Positions 20,016 through 28,072 of a stretch of 64,000 nucleotides of DNA are shown here, in pieces. The translations under genes were made by a program, and so were the position numbers. The stretch lies in contig CAUUVS010000002.1 of assembly GCA_963548935.1 (NCBI GenBank), forward strand, positions 51,921-115,920. Direction: 5' to 3'. Each line of letters opens with the position of its first letter. Position 1 is the stretch's first letter. The notes beneath the pieces were generated by a model. That model had not been told where the DNA came from, ran no database searches, and was given only the letters and a program-made list of their open reading frames with translations. The DNA comes from an uncultured Bacteroidales bacterium. GTDB lineage: Bacteria; Bacteroidota; Bacteroidia; Bacteroidales; UBA932.

Positions 20016-20858
20016 TTATTTGCTTTTTTTAGAGAGCTGTTTAAGTTCGTATTCAGCCTTGATTTTGTCGATTATAAGGCAAACAATCTTATATGTTCTG
20101 CTATCCTTGCTATAGTTGGCCGGTGTTATGAAATTAACACGCCCTTGTCTACGCAATTTCTCGACAGCTGATTTCTTTGCACTGTTTTTAGGGTCATATA
20201 CTGCAATTGAATTGCCACCGAACATATTTATGATTTTCATGCTAGGAATATCAGTTTGTCCATCGCCGAAATAAATCATATTCGGGAAAGGTATTCGTTT
20301 CTTGTCCTCAGCCGTACTGTCATTGACTTTGATAGAGTCTCTGGCACTCATTATTCCTTTGTTGATTTTGAAAATGAACTGTGTTTTGGCTGTGTAATCG
20401 ACAGCGATTCCGGGCCATTCTGCAACTCCTTTGTCATTGTACAAGTATGTACAGGCGAATATATGTTTGAATTCTTTGGCGATAGGGGAGCCTTCAATTA
20501 TCTCTTTAAGTCCGGAAGAATTGATATAGTGCTCAATTCTTACACCTTTACTCTCTCCATATTCATTGATTAGCTTGAACCAATCTTTTACGCCTTCATA
20601 AAGTTGTATATGTTTACCGAATTTTTTGAATTCACTCTTGCGCAGTTTGATGTTATGGTTTCTGGCCTCATCCGTCATTAGTTTCATATATGCAAGAATA
20701 TTGCTGGCATCCTGTCCTCTGGCAATACCGTCACTCATACTCCAAAACTCTTCAGGAGTTGAGCCGATTGCTTGAATGAAACCGAACTCTTGCATATTGC
20801 CGGGAGATAGTGTGCCGTCAAAATCGTAAATAAGTGCTACTATCGGTTTTTGATTCAT
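20016..20858 (-). CDS. HAD-superfamily hydrolase
   Basis: YDFDGTL motif I, INSSG, YFGDGQTD motif IV. Start chosen at MNQKP, downstream of a TATATTTG element at 20887-20894. Confidence 0.88.
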   Translation of the reverse strand: MNQKPIVALIYDFDGTLSPGNMQEFGFIQAIGSTPEEFWSMSDGIARGQDASNILAYMKLMTDEARNHNIKLRKSEFKKFGKHIQLYEGVKDWFKLINEYGESKGVRIEHYINSSGLKEIIEGSPIAKEFKHIFACTYLYNDKGVAEWPGIAVDYTAKTQFIFKINKGIMSARDSIKVNDSTAEDKKRIPFPNMIYFGDGQTDIPSMKIINMFGGNSIAVYDPKNSAKKSAVEKLRRQGRVNFITPANYSKDSRTYKIVCLIIDKIKAEYELKQLSKKSK

Positions 20859-20946
20859 AATGAATTGATTATAGTCTGAATATTTACAAATATAGTACAA
20901 AAAGAATGGTTGCTCGGCTATTTTTAGTATTTTTGTACAAATTTTA

Positions 20947-22605
20947 ATGAAAATGGAAAAATACCCACATTACCTTGCAAGACTGCAAGATGCTACGAGA
21001 AACTTTTGGGACAAATCAGCCCTTAATAATTATCAAGGAGAGAGCTTTACCTATGGGCAGATGGCTTTCAATATAGAGCGCTTTCATATATTTTTTGATG
21101 AAATCGGTATCAAGAAAGGTGAAAAAATTGCAATATGTGCTAGAAATAGTGCCAGATGGGGTATCTCTTATCTGTCAATTAATACTTACGAAACTGTTGT
21201 TGTGCCGATTTTGGCTGATTTTACACCGGAAAGCGTAAATTATCTTACAGACCATTCAGAAAGTGTAGGACTTTTTATCAATGCTGACAAGTGGGATAAG
21301 TTGGATATTGCCAAAATGCCGAAATTGAAGTTTGTTATCGATATTGATAATTGGAACTTATTGTATACCAAGTATTCTGAAATAGAAGATAAATATAATA
21401 GTCTTGATGACTTGTTTAATGAGAAGCATCCGGAAGGGTATGGCCCTAAAGATGTTGTTTTCCCTACGAACAATTGGGATAATCTGAGTACAATTAATTA
21501 TACTTCAGGTTCTACAGGAAGCCCAAAAGGAGTAATGCTTACACATAGGAATTTCAGTGCTACTGTTGATTTCAGCCAAAGAAACATGCCGGCTTCAGAC
21601 AAGTATAAAATGCTATCTATGCTGCCAATGGCTCACATGTACGGTCTTGTTATCGAATTTATTTATCCTCTATGCAATGGTTCTGCCATATATTGGTTGG
21701 GCAAGACACCTACGCCATCGACATTACTCAAGGCTTTTGCTGAAGTCAAGCCATATCTGTTGGTTACTGTCCCTCTTGTTATGGAAAAAATATTCAAAGC
21801 TAAGATAAAGCCGATGCTGGACAAGCCTATTATGAAGTTGGCAGTTAAGATCCCCGGCCTTAACAATATTATTTTCAATAAGATAAGAAAGGGGCTTGAA
21901 AACGCTTTCGGAGGTAATATTCAGGAGTTTATTATGGGAGGGGCCGCTGTAAATCCTGAGGTGGAAAAATGGTTCAAGAAGGTTAAACTGCCTTATGTGG
22001 TTGGTTATGGTATGACCGAAGCAACACCTCTATTGGCCTATGAGCACTATGAAAAATATGTTGCAGGTTCTTGTGGGAAGGCTGTTGATTGTGCAATAGT
22101 CAGGATTGACTCTGATGATCCTCAGCATATTGTAGGAGAAATCCAGGCTAAGGGAGATAATATCTGTATAGGTTATTTCAAGAATCCGGAGGCTTCTGCA
22201 AATGCCTTTACAGAGGACGGTTATCTCAAGACCGGCGATCTCGGTATTATCGATGCTGAAGGCAATATTTTTATAAGAGGCCGTTCCAAAAATATGATTC
22301 TTGGTCCTTCGGGGCAGAATATATATCCGGAAGAGGTTGAAGCCATCGTCAATAATCAGGATTATGTGCTTGAATCTGTTGTGGTGGATAGAGGAGCAAA
22401 ATTAGTAGCCTTGGTATATCTTGATGAGCAGGCTATTGCCAAGTCCCTTCTTGATAAGGAGGCAATATCTGAAATTCCTGAGAATATTAAGATTGGAGCA
22501 AATAAGTTGCTGCCTGCATATAGCCTTATAACCAAGGTGGAGGTGATGGATAAGCCTTTTGAAAAAACTCCTAAAATGAGTATCAAGAGATTCATGTATA
22601 AATAG
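20947..22605 (+). CDS. Long-chain fatty acid-CoA ligase (AMP-binding family)
   Basis: YTSGSTGSPKG, GYGMTEA, TGDLG and GQNIYPEE motifs. Confidence 0.92.
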   Translation: MKMEKYPHYLARLQDATRNFWDKSALNNYQGESFTYGQMAFNIERFHIFFDEIGIKKGEKIAICARNSARWGISYLSINTYETVVVPILADFTPESVNYLTDHSESVGLFINADKWDKLDIAKMPKLKFVIDIDNWNLLYTKYSEIEDKYNSLDDLFNEKHPEGYGPKDVVFPTNNWDNLSTINYTSGSTGSPKGVMLTHRNFSATVDFSQRNMPASDKYKMLSMLPMAHMYGLVIEFIYPLCNGSAIYWLGKTPTPSTLLKAFAEVKPYLLVTVPLVMEKIFKAKIKPMLDKPIMKLAVKIPGLNNIIFNKIRKGLENAFGGNIQEFIMGGAAVNPEVEKWFKKVKLPYVVGYGMTEATPLLAYEHYEKYVAGSCGKAVDCAIVRIDSDDPQHIVGEIQAKGDNICIGYFKNPEASANAFTEDGYLKTGDLGIIDAEGNIFIRGRSKNMILGPSGQNIYPEEVEAIVNNQDYVLESVVVDRGAKLVALVYLDEQAIAKSLLDKEAISEIPENIKIGANKLLPAYSLITKVEVMDKPFEKTPKMSIKRFMYK

Positions 22606-22668
22606 TGCAATTTTGGGTTCCATACTGCTTTCGCGAGAAATAAAATCAGAGAGGTTTGATTACTTGAG

Positions 22669-22708
22669 TGACAAAATGTCATAAACATTAAGTTGGAACA
22701 TATTTTGA
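22669..22708 (+). promoter_or_regulatory. Palindrome TGACA-N3-TGTCA plus sigma54-like -24/-12 element upstream of htpG
   Basis: TGACAAAATGTCA at 22669-22681; TGGAAC-N5-TTGA at 22694-22708. Confidence 0.45.
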
Positions 22709-22770
22709 CATTGTTATTGCCGGCCGGAAAGCCGGCTTTTTTATGTATAATACAAAATAATTATAATATT

Positions 22771-24780
22771 ATGGCAAAGAATACAGCTACAGGGAAAATA
22801 GGAGTTACTACGGAGAATATTTTTCCGGTGATTAAACAGTTTCTTTATTCGGATCATGAGATTTTTCTTAGGGAATTGGTGGCGAATGCTGTCGATGCTT
22901 CGCAGAAAATGAAAGCATTGGCCTTATCTGGAGATTTCAAAGGCGAATTGGGCAATTTGGAGGTAAGAATAGATCTTGATGAGAATAAGAAAATTCTAAA
23001 AATAATTGATAGAGGAATAGGTATGACAGAGGAAGAGGTTGATAAATATATCAATCAGATAGCTTTCTCTTCTGCTGGGGAATTTTTGGAAAAATATAAG
23101 GATCAGCTGAGCAATATCATTGGTCATTTCGGACTTGGGTTTTATTCTGCCTTTATGGTTGCAGAGAAAGTGACTATTGACACTCTTAGCTGGAAAGACG
23201 GAGCAAAGGCTGTAAGGTGGTCATGCGACGGAAGTCCTGAATATAAGATTGAGGAGTCTGGCAAGACTGATAGGGGCAGCGAAATAACCCTTTATTTGGA
23301 TAATGATTCCAAAGAATATGCTACAAAAGGAAAGATTCAGTCGCTTTTGGAAAAATATTGCAAATTTATGCCTGTACCTGTAATTTTCGGTAAGGAACAG
23401 GAATGGAAAGACGGCAAATATATTGATACGGATAAGGATCATCAGATCAATAGTATTGAGCCTATTTGGACAAAAGCGCCTTCTGACCTCAAGGAAGAGG
23501 ATTATATGAAGTTTTATAGGGCTTTGTATCCTATGAAAGAAGAGCCTTTGTTTTATATTCACTTGAATGTAGACTATCCTTTCAATCTTACCGGTATTCT
23601 TTATTTTCCTAAACTTAAAGATAGGATGTCAATAGAGAAAAACAAGATACAGCTCTATTGCAATCAAATGTTCGTAACAGATCATGTGGATAATATTGTG
23701 CCTGATTTTCTGACCTTGCTTCATGGGGTTATAGATTCTCCTGATATTCCTCTGAATGTGTCCAGAAGTTATCTTCAGAGTGACGCCAATGTCAAGAAGA
23801 TTTCGACTTATATTACCAAAAAAGTGTCTGACAGACTTGAAGATATTTTCAAATCAGAGAGAAATGCTCTTGAAGAAAAATGGGATAATTTGAAAATGTT
23901 TATCGAGTATGGTATGCTCAGCGATGAGAAATTTTGCGAGCGTGCTTTGAAATTTGCTCTTTTCAAGAATGTGGATGGAAAATATTTCGGTTATGATGAT
24001 TATAGGAAGGCTATAGAGACACAGCAGACAGATAAGGATAAGAAAGTGGTGTATTTGTATGCTACAGATTCTGAAAAACAATATGCTTATATCGAAGCGG
24101 CCAGAAACAAGGGCTATGATGTGCTTTTGATGGACTGCGAGCTTGATTCTCATTTCGTAAATCTTTTGGAACAGAAAATAGAGAATTCAAGGTTTGCCCG
24201 TGTGGATTCTGATGCGGTAGACAAATTGATACCAAAGGATGATAAGGTGAAATTTGAAATGAAAGAGGAGGAAAGAGAAGATTTGTCAACATTGTTCAAG
24301 TCTGTACTGCCTGAAGGCAATGAATACTTTGTCGATGCCGACAATCTTGGCGAGTCAGGTGCTCCTATTCTGATAACCCAGAGTGAATTTATGCGTCGTT
24401 ATCGTGAAATGAGCGCTCTTGGAGGAGGTTTGAATTTCTATGGAGAGATGCCGGAATCATACAATATTACGGTTAATATGGAAAATCCTCTCATTTCGAA
24501 GATAGTCGAGACTAAAAAGTCTGATGTCGAGCCGATGGGAGAATTGCCGGCAGAGGCTGCCAAAGATGCTTCTGAAGAAGACAAGAAGGCCGTCAGAGAG
24601 GCAAGACAGGCTGTTATAGATGCTCATAAGGCTGAAGTTTCGGTATTTGCTTCGGGCAATGAACTTTTGCATCAGGTTGTGGATTTGGCTCTTCTGGCCA
24701 ACGGTATGCTTAAAGGTAAGGCTTTGAGTGATTTTATTGCTCGTAGTCAGAAGGTTGTAGGAGATGCTTTTTTGAAATAA
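22771..24780 (+). CDS. htpG: Molecular chaperone HtpG (Hsp90)
   Basis: FLYSDHEIFLRELVANAVDA, DRGIGM, IGHFGLGFYSAF and PLNVSRSYLQ. Start moved to ATG 22771 (MAKNT). Confidence 0.97.
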   Translation: MAKNTATGKIGVTTENIFPVIKQFLYSDHEIFLRELVANAVDASQKMKALALSGDFKGELGNLEVRIDLDENKKILKIIDRGIGMTEEEVDKYINQIAFSSAGEFLEKYKDQLSNIIGHFGLGFYSAFMVAEKVTIDTLSWKDGAKAVRWSCDGSPEYKIEESGKTDRGSEITLYLDNDSKEYATKGKIQSLLEKYCKFMPVPVIFGKEQEWKDGKYIDTDKDHQINSIEPIWTKAPSDLKEEDYMKFYRALYPMKEEPLFYIHLNVDYPFNLTGILYFPKLKDRMSIEKNKIQLYCNQMFVTDHVDNIVPDFLTLLHGVIDSPDIPLNVSRSYLQSDANVKKISTYITKKVSDRLEDIFKSERNALEEKWDNLKMFIEYGMLSDEKFCERALKFALFKNVDGKYFGYDDYRKAIETQQTDKDKKVVYLYATDSEKQYAYIEAARNKGYDVLLMDCELDSHFVNLLEQKIENSRFARVDSDAVDKLIPKDDKVKFEMKEEEREDLSTLFKSVLPEGNEYFVDADNLGESGAPILITQSEFMRRYREMSALGGGLNFYGEMPESYNITVNMENPLISKIVETKKSDVEPMGELPAEAAKDASEEDKKAVREARQAVIDAHKAEVSVFASGNELLHQVVDLALLANGMLKGKALSDFIARSQKVVGDAFLK

Positions 24781-24797
24781 TTATGTATATTATAAAT

Positions 24798-24834
24798 TAC
24801 CTCCGCAGGATTTTATTTCTGCGGAGGTATTTTT
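24798..24834. terminator. Intrinsic terminator between htpG and the convergent gene
   Basis: tacctccgcagga/ttctgcggaggta stem followed by a T-tract. Confidence 0.8.
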
Positions 24835-24873
24835 ATTCAGGCTAATATAGCTTTGAAATATTTGTGTTGTTTT

Positions 24874-25362
24874 TTAGAAATTGTAATATATTCCTGCAGA
24901 GAATGCAGAACCAGTTAAATTCAGAGTGAATATATTGTTTTTTTCTACATTTGCATACTCTATAGCCCCTACATGACCTACAAAAGATAAATGTTTTGTT
25001 ACTGGAATTGATAGACCCGGAGCTACGCCTAATGCAAAGCTGTTTACAGATGTCTTAAGAGCGGAATTAGATGCATTAGTATAGCCTACATATCCGTCAA
25101 GAAACATATTGACAGGTCCGAGTTTAAGAGCCGTCCATCTGGCATAGGGTTTTAGCCCTACTGAAGTTATTCCGTCGATTGAACTGAAAGCCAAGGCTGC
25201 TCCTGCTGCCCAGCTGTCATTGAGATTGTAGCCCACTTCAGGAGTAAATATAAAACTTGTTTTGCTGCTTGCGCTAAGATTAATGCTGCCGCCGACATAA
25301 ATTTGTGCATTTGCTGAAAATGAAATAATAGCAATTGCGATAACGATAATTAATTTTTTCAT
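24874..25362 (-). CDS. Small outer membrane beta-barrel protein
   Basis: Signal peptide (ANA-Q), alternating beta-strand pattern, PEVGY, PYAR, terminal YYNF. Confidence 0.82.
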   Translation of the reverse strand: MKKLIIVIAIAIISFSANAQIYVGGSINLSASSKTSFIFTPEVGYNLNDSWAAGAALAFSSIDGITSVGLKPYARWTALKLGPVNMFLDGYVGYTNASNSALKTSVNSFALGVAPGLSIPVTKHLSFVGHVGAIEYANVEKNNIFTLNLTGSAFSAGIYYNF

Positions 25363-25377
25363 AATTTTAAATATTTT

Positions 25378-25968
25378 TTATTGTTTGATAAGATTAAGAA
25401 ATTCATTTCTTGTTCGGTCTGATGTCAGGAAAGCACCTGAAAAAGCAGATGTAGTAGTAATAGCATTCGATTTTTCAACCCCCCTTATTTGCATACAGGT
25501 ATGCATGGCTTCGATGACTACAGCCACTCCAAGAGGCTTGAGAGAATCCTGTATGCAATCTCTTATCTGTACTGTAAGTCTTTCCTGTACCTGTAGTCTT
25601 CTGGCATAAGTTTCTACTACTCTTGCAATTTTACTCAGGCCTGTAATTTTTCCATTAGGTATATATGCTACGTGGGCTTTGCCTATAAAAGGTAGCATGT
25701 GGTGTTCACAAGTGGAATATAACTCTATGTCCTTTACAAGAACCATTTGCCTATACTCTTCATCGAAAATTGCAGACCTTATTATAGCATTGCCGTCCTG
25801 CTGATAGCCTTGTGTTAGAAATTGAAGGGATTTTGCTACTCTTTCAGGAGTTTTGACAATACCTTCCCTTGCCGTATCTTCTCCAAGCAGTCTTAAGATT
25901 TCTTTTACATGCACTGCAATTTCAGCAGTCGTATTATCATCGTATAGCTCTCTTTTGTGAAATGCCAT
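25378..25968 (-). CDS. folE: GTP cyclohydrolase I
   Basis: [27 protein letters not shown] and HTCMQIRG. Confidence 0.97.
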   Translation of the reverse strand: MAFHKRELYDDNTTAEIAVHVKEILRLLGEDTAREGIVKTPERVAKSLQFLTQGYQQDGNAIIRSAIFDEEYRQMVLVKDIELYSTCEHHMLPFIGKAHVAYIPNGKITGLSKIARVVETYARRLQVQERLTVQIRDCIQDSLKPLGVAVVIEAMHTCMQIRGVEKSNAITTTSAFSGAFLTSDRTRNEFLNLIKQ

Positions 25969-26117
25969 GATTGTTTATTATAAAATCAATACAAAATTAG
26001 TTAAAAATAATTAGAAATATAGAATTTTTGCCTATATTTGCCGCCCCGACTATTATGGTAGGATAGCCATTTTAGGTAGAATGTTATTGATATATAAATA
26101 TTTAAACCAATTATATC

Positions 26118-26339
26118 ATGTATTGGACACTTGAACTTGCAAGCAGCCTTGATGATGCTCCATGGCCGGCTTCAAAAGACGAACTTATAGATTATGCCAA
26201 CCGTTCTTGTGCTCCTGAAGAAGTTATTGAGAATCTTCAGGAACTTGAAGATGAGGGCGAGATATATGAAAGTATAGAAGATATATGGCCGGATTATCCG
26301 ACCAAAGAAGACTTTTTCTTCAACGAAGAAGAGTATTGA
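26118..26339 (+). CDS. DUF2795-type small acidic protein
   Basis: MYWTLELAS..DAPWPASKDELIDYA pattern recognised as a conserved Bacteroidetes small protein; own -7 element (26033-26040) and terminator. Confidence 0.85.
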   Translation: MYWTLELASSLDDAPWPASKDELIDYANRSCAPEEVIENLQELEDEGEIYESIEDIWPDYPTKEDFFFNEEEY

Positions 26340-26357
26340 TTGAATTGATATTTAACG

Positions 26358-26398
26358 AATAACACGGTAAAGCTATATGGTTTTTCCGTGTTGTTTTT
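26358..26398 (+). terminator. Intrinsic terminator after DUF2795 gene
   Basis: aataacacgg...ccgtgttgtt stem with T-tract. Confidence 0.65.
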
Positions 26399-26517
26399 AA
26401 TTCATACGAAATGGTTTTCAGAAATGCTGTTAAAGCCTTTTCTGATGAGAGGTTATCCTTATTCAGTGTCGTTTGATTCACTTATTTTGCCATTTTATTA
26501 TATTGGCGAAACTATTA

Positions 26518-26566
26518 AACATAAAAAATCCTTCCAGTATGAATATATAGAAGGATTTTTTATGTT
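26518..26566 (-). terminator. Intrinsic terminator after fimbrillin gene
   Basis: Perfect 17-bp inverted repeat aacataaaaaatccttc/gaaggattttttatgtt. Confidence 0.8.
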
Positions 26567-26583
26567 ATGAGGTTTTATTGTTT

Positions 26584-27465
26584 TTAATATACCTCCGGAC
26601 TTATTTTATCTTGCTTAACTGTGTATACTTTACCGGAAGAAACTGTACGTGAAGGGAGAGTCCAACTGTATCGCGTTCCGCTAATCCAAATATCCAAATC
26701 TGCAGTACCTGTATAATCTTCTTTTATAAGGAAAGGGAGATATACATCGCTTTGCAATATCCCGTTCTTTATTTGGGTTGATGATTGCACTATGATACGG
26801 CCTTTATTATCTAAGGTCAATTCTGTAGGTTTATATAAGGCCAAAGAGAAATCGTTGATCTTTAAATCTTCACGAGTTATGGTTGTTGTTTCATTATGTT
26901 CAGTGAAAATTTGCAAGTTTTTAGGAAGTCTTATAAACGAGGTGCCGGCATTGGAAAAAGTAATAGGATATATTTTTCTATTGGTTATTTTAATACCGGT
27001 AGTATAGAGCAATGTATAATTTCCCATTCCTTGCAGATTGTCCGAATTAACAGAGTTATTTAATTCAAAGCAAGGAATGCCGGGATAACTAGGGTTATTA
27101 GCCGGCCTATATGGATAGTATACTCCTACTGTAACAGAGCCTTTTGCAGGTAACTTAGTTGTGGCAGGAGCAGCAAAGGTGGCTTTGCGGCTATCTTCAC
27201 TCTTTGACTCTAACTCGAATTTTTCTGCATGGTATTGACCATCTATCTCAAATACTACTGAGAGAGCGTCTCCATCGTTCCATATACCTTTGTGCATACC
27301 GGACTCATCCCTGGTGTATGTTGCACGCGTTGTGCTATTGTCTTCTTCGGGTAGAGATACTGTAATTGTAAATGGTTTCGCTACTTTTTCCTCACGGAGT
27401 ATGTTTTCGCTGGAGCAACTTGCTGCAATGAGAGCAAGAGCTACAATAGTATATTTTATTTTCAT
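26584..27465 (-). CDS. Fimbrillin-family (type V pilin-like) lipoprotein
   Basis: Lipobox AASC, propeptide ending TTRA, W..GD.L.V and YYPY motifs, C-terminal SGKVYTV strand. Alternative start 27498. Confidence 0.78.
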   Translation of the reverse strand: MKIKYTIVALALIAASCSSENILREEKVAKPFTITVSLPEEDNSTTRATYTRDESGMHKGIWNDGDALSVVFEIDGQYHAEKFELESKSEDSRKATFAAPATTKLPAKGSVTVGVYYPYRPANNPSYPGIPCFELNNSVNSDNLQGMGNYTLLYTTGIKITNRKIYPITFSNAGTSFIRLPKNLQIFTEHNETTTITREDLKINDFSLALYKPTELTLDNKGRIIVQSSTQIKNGILQSDVYLPFLIKEDYTGTADLDIWISGTRYSWTLPSRTVSSGKVYTVKQDKISPEVY

Positions 27466-27559
27466 GTTTTTTAAATTTTCGTTGTTTTGTTTTTTCATTT
27501 AAAAGATTTCTTTTGTTGTTTCTTTTGAAATAATTGAAGTTTTTTCTTCGATTCGCTTT

Positions 27560-27697
27560 TTACCAATCTTCTTCAGGTAGCACCGACAAGTTTCCGCTTC
27601 CTTCAAGAAAGTTTTGAGAAGATTCCATTTTTATGACTTCAATTTCAGGAGACGAGTATTTCTTTTCGGCAACTCTGTAAATAATTCTGTTGTTCAT
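27560..27697 (-). CDS. 45-aa small peptide with YxxP motif (not in ORF track)
   Basis: MNNRIIYRVAEKKYSSPEIEVIKMESSQNFLEGSGNLSVLPEEDW*; ATG with A-rich upstream context, -7 promoter at 27826-27833, co-oriented just upstream of the fimbrillin gene. Confidence 0.72.
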   Translation of the reverse strand: MNNRIIYRVAEKKYSSPEIEVIKMESSQNFLEGSGNLSVLPEEDW

Positions 27698-27825
27698 TCT
27701 TTAGTAAAATAAAAATATTTATAAAAACGGGTTGTATCCGATTTTCTACCTTTTTCTTGCAATATGAAATTGCATAGTTGCTTTGTAAGGTCTCAGGCAA
27801 TCAATCTGATTTAATCGAAATTTTA

Positions 27826-27833
27826 CAAAAATA
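27826..27833 (-). promoter_or_regulatory. Bacteroidetes -7 element (TATTTTTG) for small peptide-fimbrillin unit
   Basis: TAnnTTTG on the minus strand about 130 nt upstream of the small ORF. Confidence 0.5.
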
Positions 27834-28021
27834 AGAATAATATTTCGGTTTTTAATTATAAAAATTCAAATTTAATATAAAATTTAAAAATATTCCGAAT
27901 CTTAATTGTTATCTAAGATGGTTTTAAAAGTGTATTGGATGAGCTTAAATCTAATTTTAATTCTTTGGAAATATCTTTGCAAATTTTCAATAAAATATAC
28001 GACCGGAATATAAAAGATATG

Positions 28022-28056
28022 AAAAACCCCCTGAGTTTATACTTCAGGGGATTTTT
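28022..28056 (-). terminator. Intrinsic terminator after fimbrial operon
   Basis: cccctga/tcagggg stem flanked by A/T tracts, just downstream of the 28073 stop. Confidence 0.75.
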
Positions 28057-28072
28057 ATTAAGATTGAATATA

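Noticed and set aside
26388..26570. 60-aa ORF downstream of DUF2795
   Set aside because: It runs through two terminator hairpins, has a non-ATG start and shows no protein features.
27778..27802. Glycine or TPP riboswitch fragments (TCTCAGGCAA on plus, CTGAGA on minus)
   Set aside because: The remaining consensus elements are missing, and the glycine-like motif points away from any gene.
27890..28011. Invertible promoter: orphan plus-strand TATCTTTG (27972-27979) between atattccg/cggaatat
   Set aside because: The inverted repeat is only 8 bp in very AT-rich DNA, and no recombinase is nearby.
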